Positions 31,208-39,958 of a DNA stretch of 64,000 nt are shown here, one piece after another. The stretch is from Gemmatales bacterium (GTDB lineage Bacteria > Planctomycetota > Planctomycetia > Gemmatales > HRBIN36): NCBI GenBank assembly GCA_041640595.1, contig JBEPZY010000004.1, forward strand, positions 294,014 to 358,013, written 5' to 3'. Every line of letters begins with the position of its first letter. Position 1 is the stretch's first letter. The position numbers and the translations under genes are program-made. The notes beneath the pieces are model-generated. The model was given only the letters and a program-made list of their open reading frames with translations, was not told the origin of the DNA and did no database searches.

Positions 31208-31492
31208 ATGGAACTGCTCATTTTTGCCGCCATCATCGGGCTGTGGTTGATTTTGCAAATCTGGGTGTTGCCCAAACTGGGCGTACCGACGTGACTGGGT
31301 GGTGCCTGCCGTCCGAGTTCGGACGAATCGCCCTTATCCATCCAACCAGGCGTTGACGAGCATAACCGCGACCCACGCTCCAAAGGCCGTGTATCCGTCG
31401 GACGGGGCATGGGCAAGCATAACGATCCACACCCCGGCGATGTACCCGCTTCGCCTTCCGAACAGCGCAAGCAGCAACCGGAACTGCATTGA
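31208..31492 (+). CDS. Small membrane protein, candidate selenoprotein (in-frame TGA 31292-31294); 28 aa if the TGA is a stop
   Basis: AAGGA RBS; MELLIFAAIIGLWLILQIWVLPKLGVPT-TGA-LGGAC...; hairpin CGTCCG-AGTT-CGGACG 15 nt after the TGA. Confidence 0.65.
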
Positions 31493-31614
31493 TGGGATAT
31501 ACAGGTTAGGCCTGGTTGACTTCCGAACAGCGCAAGCAGCAACCGGAACCCGCTCGCAAACAAGAAACACTCTCGAACGAATAAGCCCCGAACAGCGTGA
31601 GCAACAGCCGAAAC
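31455..31614. repeat. CRISPR-like mini-array: three 30 bp repeats with two 35 bp unique spacers
   Basis: CTTCCGAACAGCGCAAGCAGCAACCGGAAC identical at 31455 and 31520, degenerate at 31585. Confidence 0.85.
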
Positions 31615-31631
31615 GCCACCGGCCCGTGCAT

Positions 31632-31911
31632 CAAGAGCGGGGGGCGTAAGCCGCCGTGGTGAACGTATCGAGTCCGCAGATGCAATACGCATGTGTGCTG
31701 GGTGCGTTCCCGAACGCAGCCATGTTCCGGTGGAACTTGCAGCTGGAATACGCATGATTCCCCTAGCGCTCGCATTCCCGACCTCGAGCGGGGGGCGTAA
31801 GCCCCCCTGTGGGATGCACTCAGCACGCGAGATTCAAACGCCGAAATTCATCGCATTGCACTTGCAGATGCGGTCCGGAAAACCACGGCGGGCTGACGAT
31901 CGCCGCTCTTG
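31632..31911. repeat. REP-like palindrome cluster (3 copies)
   Basis: Same family. Confidence 0.8.
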
Positions 31912-32194
31912 ACGGTGTGCGGTTGGTGCTGGGAGGTACGGTTCTAACGGAACGACGCTTCGTTTGTTACGCTCGTGCAGACGCACGCCAGTCAGCCCGC
32001 GAAATCTGTCGCAGTTCGAGCGGAATCGCGTTTCGTTTGCCCCGAAAGATTGTCGCAGTAACCCGGTTGCTCGGTTTTTGCTCGCAATTCTCGGGCAATT
32101 GCGTTTCGGATGTCACGGGGGCAGTCGGTCAGGGTCTGGGTCGGGGCGATGTTAGTCGTCGCCCGAACCGCGGTACCTCTTAGCCTGTCGGAGA

Positions 32195-34954
32195 TCACTT
32201 CAGGTCGCCGATGTACCAGACCCGCACCGTCTTGTCACGGCTTCCCGAAACGACGTACTTGCCGTCGGGGGCTACCGCGATGCTCAAGACCGCCGACTGG
32301 TGCCCCTCGAACTTCCGCACTTGTTCACCCGTCGCCAAGTTCCACAAACGCACCGTGCCGTCCCAGCCTCCCGAAACGGCGTATTTGCCATCGGGCGTCA
32401 CCGCGACGCTATAAATCCCCCACTGATGGCCTTTGAACTGCCGGACTTCTTTCCCCGTCGCCAGCTCCCACAAACGCACCGTGTTGTCCCAGCTTCCCGA
32501 AACGACATACTTGCCATCGGGCGTCACCGCGACGCTACTGACCGTACTCTGGTGCCCCGTGAACCGCCGCACTTCTTGCCCGGTCGCCACGTCCCACAAA
32601 CGCACCGTGTCGTCATGGCTTCCCGAAACGACGTATTTGCCATCGGGCGTCACCGCGACGCTATTGACCCAATGCTTGTGCCCCGTGAACCGCCGCACTT
32701 CTTGCCCGGTCGCCACGTCCCACAAACGCATCGTTTTGTCCTGACTTCCCGAAACGGCGTATTTGCCATCGGGCGTCACCGCGACGCTATAAATCCCCCA
32801 CTGATGGCCTTTGAACTGCCGGACTTCTTTCCCCGTCGCCAGCTCCCACAAACGCACCATGTTGTCCCCGCTTCCCGAAACGACGTACTTGCCATCGGGC
32901 GTTACCGCGACGCTATTCACATAATCTTTTTGCGCAGCCAGCGGCTGTATTAACGGGCCGGTTATCATGTCGACAACCAAAATTTCGCCAACATTGTTAT
33001 TGTTAGCATTGAGATGACCATTAACAGCTGCGACAAAACAATGCTGCTTCGGCAGGAAAGCTAGAGAGTACACCTCGCGGGGAAGGTTGATCGGCTTACC
33101 GTGAAGGAGCTTGCCCAGTAATGGCGGGGTCTCTGCCCTTAAAGCGGTTATCTCTTTTCTAAGCGTCGTTAAGTCTTCTCTGAGTTTCTGCAGGTCTTCG
33201 CTAAGTTTGGCGGCTTCCGCCTGGCTGAGCTTCTTTTCCAGAGCTTTGATGTTAGCCTCGATCTGACTGGCCTGAGTATCAAGGGCATGGTATTTTTGCT
33301 CGAATTCGCGTCTTTGGTTCTTGAAATGCTCCTCCAGTTCCTTGCGTTGTTCCACCAACTTGTCCTGCAGTTTGTGTAGCTCGTCCATGAGCTTTTCCGC
33401 GTTAGCAGCGGCATCTTTTAACCTCTCCTCCCGAAGCGAAAGCTGACGGTCGGCCTGTTGCAGAAGCATAAGTTCCGTGGCCAGCGACAAGCCCTGAAAC
33501 TCTAGCGGAGGCCATTCGTACAGAGCGTAGCCGATAGTGAATTGAACCTGTTTGATGTCGGCCTGGAATTGCTCTATCCGTTTCGTTATGGAATTTTGCT
33601 CAAGACTAATGGCAACCACAGGCAGGTTGCCCTCGAAATGATCTTTCAGTTCATCGAAAGCTCGCTGGAGAGAATCAATGTGTTCCTTGCGCTGGTTAGC
33701 ATCTAAGCGTTGCTCTTGTTGTTCGCCCTGGGCGTTTGCCTTCCCAAACAAGAAGGACACAGGGCGCAGCCTCAGTTCGGCATCCACTTGCCATTTTTCT
33801 TTATTGCCCTGCTGTCGCGCTTCCCAGTTGTCGAGCAGCTGGCTGAGGTGCTGTTCGCGGGCTTTTCTTTCAGACTGTGCCAGTTTCTTGATCTGCCCTA
33901 GGGTTGCGGTGATGCCGGCCTGGTTGCCAAGTATGAGGTAAACTACCGTCTTTTCGTCAAGGTCGCGCAACTTTACCTGCTCGAAGGCGCGGTCGAGCAA
34001 TGTGCTCAGTAAACGTTCAAGCGTCTCCCGGTCCTTGGAGTCTTGCCTCCGACGAATTTCTATTTGCACCCACTGAGTAACCAATTCGAGTAAATCCACT
34101 GTTTGAACGGCTCCGCCTCCAGCGCTCAAAGGGAGTTGAGCCAAAAATTGCGGTTGTCCGAGGCTTTTCTGCGAGGGTGCGATCGTGTTTTGCAAGTTAA
34201 CTATGCTTTTCTTGAACATGGTCAGACTGGCTTCGATATTGACCAGGTCGAAGCGGGATCGGAACGGGCCCTGAATCGCAATGTAAATGTCTTTGAGGCA
34301 AATTGGTTCTTGGTCGCTTGTAAGCGCCGGGAGGTATTCCAGGACTATCCGTTCCTCTTCGCCTAGCTCCCTGGAGAGGCAGGCTTTGGAGAGACGAATT
34401 GGAGGACAGAGCGGCTGGTCGGGTTGTCCTCCGCCAGGACCTCCGCCGCGTGCTGCAAACAGGGATAGGTAAAATCCGTCTTCGCGAAGGTCAGGCTCCA
34501 CAACCTTGACCGCTTTCACGCCCTGCCGCTCTTGCAGCCTTTTACGGAGCTGGTTGATTATTTCGTCGCAGGTCTTCTCCGTGGCCAAGAGGTTCCTAAT
34601 GCAAAATTTGATTTCGGGCGGCTGGCCATTGATGAGTGTGGGTATTTTCTCGGTGAGTTCGAGACGACGCCATTGAGCCCCGTCGCGGATTTGCGGTTTC
34701 TCAGCCACCCATACCGGAAACAGGACCACAGTATCGTTTGTGAGGCAGTAAGGGATGTGGACCTTGTATTCGGTGTTCCCCAAAGGCAGCGGGACATTAC
34801 GAAGCAGTTTGATGGAAGCCGAAAGGGGCACGATGTTGTCGGCCTGGTTGTTCCCTGCCTGGTTCGGGTTTTGGGCGAAACCGAGGGCGAAAATGAGTAA
34901 GCTCAAGGCACCGGCCGAAACAAACACAGGCGATGCATGGCGACGCATGGTCAT
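32195..34954 (-). CDS. Exported protein: unknown N-terminal domain, coiled coil, C-terminal WD40 propeller
   Basis: Signal-like N-terminus, heptad-rich middle, repeats GH....SVAVTPDGKYVVSGS.D.TVRLW; GGAGGA upstream. Confidence 0.88.
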   Translation of the reverse strand: MTMRRHASPVFVSAGALSLLIFALGFAQNPNQAGNNQADNIVPLSASIKLLRNVPLPLGNTEYKVHIPYCLTNDTVVLFPVWVAEKPQIRDGAQWRRLELTEKIPTLINGQPPEIKFCIRNLLATEKTCDEIINQLRKRLQERQGVKAVKVVEPDLREDGFYLSLFAARGGGPGGGQPDQPLCPPIRLSKACLSRELGEEERIVLEYLPALTSDQEPICLKDIYIAIQGPFRSRFDLVNIEASLTMFKKSIVNLQNTIAPSQKSLGQPQFLAQLPLSAGGGAVQTVDLLELVTQWVQIEIRRRQDSKDRETLERLLSTLLDRAFEQVKLRDLDEKTVVYLILGNQAGITATLGQIKKLAQSERKAREQHLSQLLDNWEARQQGNKEKWQVDAELRLRPVSFLFGKANAQGEQQEQRLDANQRKEHIDSLQRAFDELKDHFEGNLPVVAISLEQNSITKRIEQFQADIKQVQFTIGYALYEWPPLEFQGLSLATELMLLQQADRQLSLREERLKDAAANAEKLMDELHKLQDKLVEQRKELEEHFKNQRREFEQKYHALDTQASQIEANIKALEKKLSQAEAAKLSEDLQKLREDLTTLRKEITALRAETPPLLGKLLHGKPINLPREVYSLAFLPKQHCFVAAVNGHLNANNNNVGEILVVDMITGPLIQPLAAQKDYVNSVAVTPDGKYVVSGSGDNMVRLWELATGKEVRQFKGHQWGIYSVAVTPDGKYAVSGSQDKTMRLWDVATGQEVRRFTGHKHWVNSVAVTPDGKYVVSGSHDDTVRLWDVATGQEVRRFTGHQSTVSSVAVTPDGKYVVSGSWDNTVRLWELATGKEVRQFKGHQWGIYSVAVTPDGKYAVSGGWDGTVRLWNLATGEQVRKFEGHQSAVLSIAVAPDGKYVVSGSRDKTVRVWYIGDLK

Positions 34955-35757
34955 CCTCCTGCTGGTTCGGTGGACGGAGATGCCGTTACTGACCCATTAT
35001 AGGCTCCCGCCGGAACTCCGGGTGAGGCAATCGTTGGGCGAAATGGCCAACCACGACTGCCACCGGGAAACAGATTCCCGCGGTGGGAGACGCCAAAAAT
35101 CCTTCCCTGTAATCGGCGGCCAGGATCGGCGAGCACAAAGGAGACTTCCACAAGGGTAGCCCGCAGGTCGGATGCTTCAGGGAAAATCGGCGACCAGATG
35201 CTTTTTGCGTGCGCCGCAGGGATACGAGGTGGACCGGCAAAGCAAATCCTTCGGCGAAATGCAGGGCCGTCCTTGGCACCACAGCGGGAAGCGGAACGTT
35301 TATCGCTGGTGCCAATTCGTTGTTTGCACGTGTCCGATGGGTCTGTCCGTTGCGTTCCCGATAAAACCCTGCGTGTATGTCGTCGAGCGCGTTATTCGTT
35401 TTCGAGATGCATTCTAGGCGGTTACGGGTTGGGTCGGTTCGGATGGGAGCGGCTGGCCTTGCCGGGGAGGGGATTGTGCGATAGATTAGTAGTGCCGGCA
35501 CTGAGGAAGTGTGGCAATCCTCTGCGGTGTGCGTGACAGAGGGCATTTTTGGAGAACCGATGCCGTAACCCGCATGAGGCCAAGTGTCATCGGTCTGGCG
35601 CTCGCAAGCCCACACGAGAATGGGATCCGAAACCCAGACCTGAGGCCTCACCTGTGAATGTGCGGGTTCTCAAAAAGCCAGCTGCACGGCACCGGCGGAG
35701 GATTTTTTATTTGCGGTTGGCTGCGAGGCTGGCAGCGTGTTGCGGGCTAAATCGGGG

Positions 35758-35786
35758 CTGACCGCTCTGGGCGTTGGACATACAAT
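35758..35786 (+). promoter_or_regulatory. Candidate housekeeping promoter for tRNA-Arg/rplU
   Basis: CTGACC-N17-TACAAT about 22 nt before the tRNA. Confidence 0.5.
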
Positions 35787-35808
35787 AATGGTTGCCTGTG
35801 GGCGGAAT

Positions 35809-35882
35809 GTCCCCGTAGCTCAACTGGACAGAGCGTCGGCCTCCGGAGCCGAAGGTTGCAGGTTCGAGTCCTGCCGGGGATA
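35809..35882 (+). tRNA. tRNA-Arg (CCG), CCA not encoded
   Basis: Acceptor stem GTCCCCG/CGGGGAT, anticodon arm TCGGC-CTCCGGA-GCCGA, T-arm GCAGG-TTCGAGT-CCTGC. Confidence 0.96.
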
Positions 35883-35964
35883 CTGGCGAACGAGCTGCTG
35901 CTAACCGACGCAACCGGCACCAGCGGCGAGCGTTGGTCCGCTGTGCTGGGGACGGAGAACGAGC

Positions 35965-36282
35965 ATGTACGCGATCTTCGAGGATGGCTCGCGGCAATAT
36001 CGGGTCAGCGAAGGTGACCATGTGATTGTGGACTATCGGCCGGCCGAGAAAGGTACGCAACTGGTTTTCGACCGGGTGCTGCTGGTGCAGACCAATGCCG
36101 GCTTGCAGATCGGTCGGCCCTATGTTCCCGGTGCCCAGGTGCTCGGTGAGGTGGTGGCTCATCCTTCCGAGAAGTATTACATCCAGAAGTTCCGCCGCCG
36201 GAAAAACTACCGCCGCTATCGCGGACACCGCCAGCATTACTGCGAGGTGCGAATCCAGCAAATCATTACGCCTGGCGCTTGA
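35965..36282 (+). CDS. rplU: 50S ribosomal protein L21
   Basis: MYAIFEDGSRQYRVSEGD...KFRRRKNYRRYRGHRQ. Confidence 0.96.
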   Translation: MYAIFEDGSRQYRVSEGDHVIVDYRPAEKGTQLVFDRVLLVQTNAGLQIGRPYVPGAQVLGEVVAHPSEKYYIQKFRRRKNYRRYRGHRQHYCEVRIQQIITPGA

Positions 36283-36437
36283 AGCGTAGCAACGTCGAAG
36301 TTGGACGGCATGGCAAACACTACGGGCTGACCAGGCGGTGCAAGCTGTCGGGAGTAAACCCAGCCGGGGTTGCATAATCCGCCGACTTCATCGCCGCCAG
36401 AATCAGACGGCGAAAGATTCAGCGCAGGAGAGCAAGG

Positions 36438-37946
36438 ATGCTCACGAACCTATGCGGGCAGGGAATGTCCAGCGGCACAGTTGATTGCTCCCGCAAACCG
36501 AAGGAAGGTTGGTTCGCAGTCCGCGCGAATCTCGGTTCAACCGAAGGCGCGGGCGAATTCCGTTCCCTGCGGCAGTGTTCCTCGTGGTACCGGCAAAGGA
36601 AGGTTCCGCAGGCGTCGGTTATCGGTTGGCCCGTGGTGGTGATGGCAGTTGTGGTGGTTAGTTGCGGCATGGATGGAGCCATCGGTGAGCTGGCTGGCCA
36701 GAATCAACCGGCAAAACCGTCGGCCTCTGAAACCCAACCGATTACGGCAGCGGAAGCGGAACGTTTCGGGCCGATGCAACGCACGTTTTATGCGGCGGCG
36801 TTACGCGGTTCGGAATGGATTGCCCGGCAGCAGCGAGCCGACGGCACATTTCCGAGCGGACTGGAACCAGCACTGGGTTGCCCGCTGGATGAGGACAATT
36901 ATCTGCGGCAAATCCAGGCGACCCTGGCGCTGGCACAAGCCGCGCGACTGACTGGCGAAGATCGCTGGGCAGCTCGGGCCCGGCAAGCGGTTCTGGTGCT
37001 GCTCGCCGGCACGGTAACCGATCCGCAGGATGCTCAGTGCCGATTTCCCCGTCCGCCGTTGGTGAGCACCGGTCGGCTCAGCGCCGCGGGGCTGTTGCTG
37101 GCGGCGATTCACCAGTTGCCACAACCCGGCGACGATTTGCTGGAGTCGGGTGAACAACTGGCGCGGTGGATTTCCCGCCAGCAACAAGCGGACGGTACAT
37201 TGCACCCGCTCGGCCTCGGGTCAGCCCTGCCGCTAACGGCCGGTATCGAGGAAGAACAACAGCCGTTACACTACGGTCCGGGCCAGGCATTGTGGGGCCT
37301 CATGCGAAGCCAGGCGAGATGTCCGCAATCCTGGAAAATCGAGATGCTTCGCCGGGCTCGCCAGCCCTATGTGCGACTCTGTCAGGAACAATTTGCCAAA
37401 CTTGGGCTGAACCCTGGTGCGACACCCCAGGTGCCCGCGAGTTCGACACCGGCCGGTTCACCGATTCTTGCGGTGTGGCATCTGGCCGCCTGGAGCGAAG
37501 CATTCCGTCATTGCCAGGAACGAGCGTTCGCCGAGTTTGTTTTCGAGTTCGCCGACCGTTTGCTGCCCCTGCAATACACCGACTCCACCAGTCCCCTGTT
37601 TCTGGGCGGATTCACCGAGTCTGTGGCGGCACGATTGCGGCAGCAACCGCCGGACTGGCGAACCGGCTGGTATGCTTGGGCGCTGGTGTACGCAGCGAAC
37701 ACAGCGCGACTGGCAGGCGATCAGGCTCGCTTTCAGCGTTACACCGCCGCCGCTGAGTCGGCCTTGCAATTCGTGACCACACTGCAATACACCAGCGTCA
37801 ACACGGCCCATTTCACACCGGAATACCAGCCGCGAGTGCTGGGCGGATTTCGTCGCGGCTTGCGGGACGGCGTGATCACTCTGGAAGCCCAGCAGGCCGC
37901 GGTGTCTGCGTTGTGGACCTATTTGGAACTGCTGGCGCGTCGCTGA
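36438..37946 (+). CDS. Hypothetical helical protein, possibly an alpha/alpha-barrel; true start probably further downstream
   Basis: Long ORF with two W(I)xRQQxADG motifs resembling prenyltransferase/squalene-cyclase repeats. Confidence 0.6.
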   Translation: MLTNLCGQGMSSGTVDCSRKPKEGWFAVRANLGSTEGAGEFRSLRQCSSWYRQRKVPQASVIGWPVVVMAVVVVSCGMDGAIGELAGQNQPAKPSASETQPITAAEAERFGPMQRTFYAAALRGSEWIARQQRADGTFPSGLEPALGCPLDEDNYLRQIQATLALAQAARLTGEDRWAARARQAVLVLLAGTVTDPQDAQCRFPRPPLVSTGRLSAAGLLLAAIHQLPQPGDDLLESGEQLARWISRQQQADGTLHPLGLGSALPLTAGIEEEQQPLHYGPGQALWGLMRSQARCPQSWKIEMLRRARQPYVRLCQEQFAKLGLNPGATPQVPASSTPAGSPILAVWHLAAWSEAFRHCQERAFAEFVFEFADRLLPLQYTDSTSPLFLGGFTESVAARLRQQPPDWRTGWYAWALVYAANTARLAGDQARFQRYTAAAESALQFVTTLQYTSVNTAHFTPEYQPRVLGGFRRGLRDGVITLEAQQAAVSALWTYLELLARR

Positions 37947-38019
37947 TGGCTTGGCCCCATAGTCCGTCTCTTGGTACACGGCCCGCCGTGATTGCATAAA
38001 ACCGGTGGAAAGCGGCCGG

Positions 38020-38330
38020 GCATAGATGTGTGCGTCCGTTGCCGTGTACGGTCGAAACGTCGTGGAGGTTTATGAAGACGGGGAGGCAGTTATAGCAGAT
38101 GTGCGCGCCCGTTTCCGTGTACGGTTGAAACAGTCGCACACCACCAGGCGGTCCAGGAGACTGGCCACCATTTCTGTTTCTGTGTACGGCTGAAAAAGTC
38201 CGCGGTGAAAGCGCACCTCACCTTAGCTGTGATGGCTCGGCCCCGGAGCCGGTTTCTGTTTACGGGGCATGCCGTCATTGCATAAAGTGGATGCGCGTAG
38301 ATGTACGTCCGTTTGTGTGTAGGGGGCATA
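38020..38330. repeat. Degenerate CRISPR-like array, repeats ending in GAAAC
   Basis: GT(G/T)TACGG core at 38044, 38117, 38182 and 38258; best copy AGATGTGCGCGCCCGTTTCCGTGTACGGTTGAAAC. Confidence 0.55.
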
Positions 38331-38332
38331 CC

Positions 38333-38446
38333 CTGCGGAACACGCCCGGCAATGGTTCACCACGAATGCCGTTTTCTTGGTACACAAATGCGACGAACGT
38401 AATTTCTGCGGAACACGCCCGGCAATGGTTCACCGCGAACGCCGTT
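38333..38446. repeat. ~41 bp direct repeat around a 32 bp insert (period 73)
   Basis: CTGCGGAACACGCCCGGCAATGGTTCACC at 38333 and 38406. Confidence 0.88.
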
Positions 38447-38590
38447 CGGCTCGATGGCACCTGCGACATTTCCGACACACAACCTCCAAATTCACGTTCG
38501 TGCCACACAAGAGCGGGGGGGCGTAAGCCCCCCGTGGTTATCCATTACGTATGCGCGGCGGCGATCGTCAACACAACGTGGGCAGTCTCT

Positions 38591-39268
38591 CCGGGCGAGA
38601 CCATGCGATGGATTGCGGACTATGGGCGACTTGCTCGCCGAATCTCTCCTCAACTTGCCAGACCATCCCACGGATTGCGGGCTGTAGGCGAAGCGACTGC
38701 CTCGCCGGATTTCTCCACAGCCGGCGAGACCGTGCGATGGATTGCGGACTATGGGCGACTTGCTCGCCGAATCTCTCCTCAACTTGCCAGACCATCCCAC
38801 GGATTGCGGGCTGTAGGGGAAGCGACTGCCTCGCCGGATTTCTCCAGAGCCGGCGACACCACGCGATGGATTGCGGACTATGGGCGACTTGCTCGCCGAA
38901 TCTCTCCACGGCTTGCCAGAGCATGCGACGGATTGCGGGCCGCAGGGCAAGCGACTGCCTCGCCGGATTTCTCCACAGCCGGCGGCACCATGCGATGGAT
39001 TGCGGACTATGGGCGACTTGCTCGCCGAATCTCTCCACAACTTGCCAGACCATGCGATGGATTGCGTATTGCACGCGAACTGACCTCCTCAGCGGATTTC
39101 TCCACAGCCCGCGAGACCACGCGAAGAATTGCGGACTATGGGCGACTTGCTCGCCGAATCTCTCCACAACTTGCCAGACCATGCAATGGATTGCGGGCCG
39201 CAGGGGAAGCGACTGCCTCGCCGGATTTCTCCACAGCCGGCGAGACCGTGCGATTGATTGCGGAGGGC
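38591..39268. repeat. 129 bp tandem repeat, about 5 copies, each made of two related halves
   Basis: ATTGCGGA motif near 38611, 38740, 38869, 38998, 39127 and 39256. Confidence 0.95.
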
Positions 39269-39504
39269 ACACTGGCGGGTATAATGGCCATCAACGGGAG
39301 CGAGTGTGCCGAGTGTGTCGGCAGGTGTCGGCTGGGCGGTAACGCTGAGCATAGCGCGGACGGTGCCCCAGCCAGGAACGTGCACGGCCTGTCGGGAAGT
39401 GCCGGCTGGGCGGAGACGCTGCGGATGAGGCTGACCGCGTGCCAGGAACGAGTGTGCCGAGTGTGTCGCCGGGTGCGGCTGGGCGGTAAGCACTGTAGCG
39501 ATAG

Positions 39505-39840
39505 TCGCCTGTGACATGGCTTTGGCATGACGTCGCCTCCGAGCCGGCCGAGCAAACAACGCAGGGAGGGTCGGCTATGACATCGCTTGGGCACTAAGTC
39601 GCCTCTGAGTCGGCCGAGCAGGCAACGCCGCGAAAATCGCCTATGGCATCGCTTCGGCACTAAGCCGCCTCTGAGCCGGCCGAGCAGGCAACGCTGCGAA
39701 AATCGCCTATGACATCACTTCGGCACTAAGCCGCCTTTGACGCAGCCGAGCAAACAACGCCGCGAAAATCGCCTATGATATCGCTTGGGCACTAAGTGGC
39801 CTCTTAGCCAGCCGAGTAGGCAATGCGGCGAAAGTCGTCT
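39505..39840. repeat. 66 bp tandem repeat, 5 copies
   Basis: TCGCCTATGACATCGC-like unit starts at 39505, 39571, 39637, 39703 and 39769. Confidence 0.92.
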
Positions 39841-39958
39841 GCGATACAGCAGCCAGAAGGTCGCGGGTTGCAACGAGGGTCGCCTATGACGCAGCAGCCA
39901 GAGGTCGGAACAGGGCTGGCCGGCCGGAGGGTCCGCTAGGTTGCAGCGAGGGTCACCT

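Noticed and set aside
32195..32950. Diversity-generating retroelement acting on the WD40 or LRR repeats
   Set aside because: No reverse transcriptase or non-coding template repeat in the window, and variation does not appear adenine-specific.
35965..36282. rplU without an adjacent rpmA
   Set aside because: A split of this pair is not remarkable on its own.
38291..39514. 407 aa repeat protein
   Set aside because: Passes through a REP and the 129 bp VNTR; several frames are equally open; no clear RBS.
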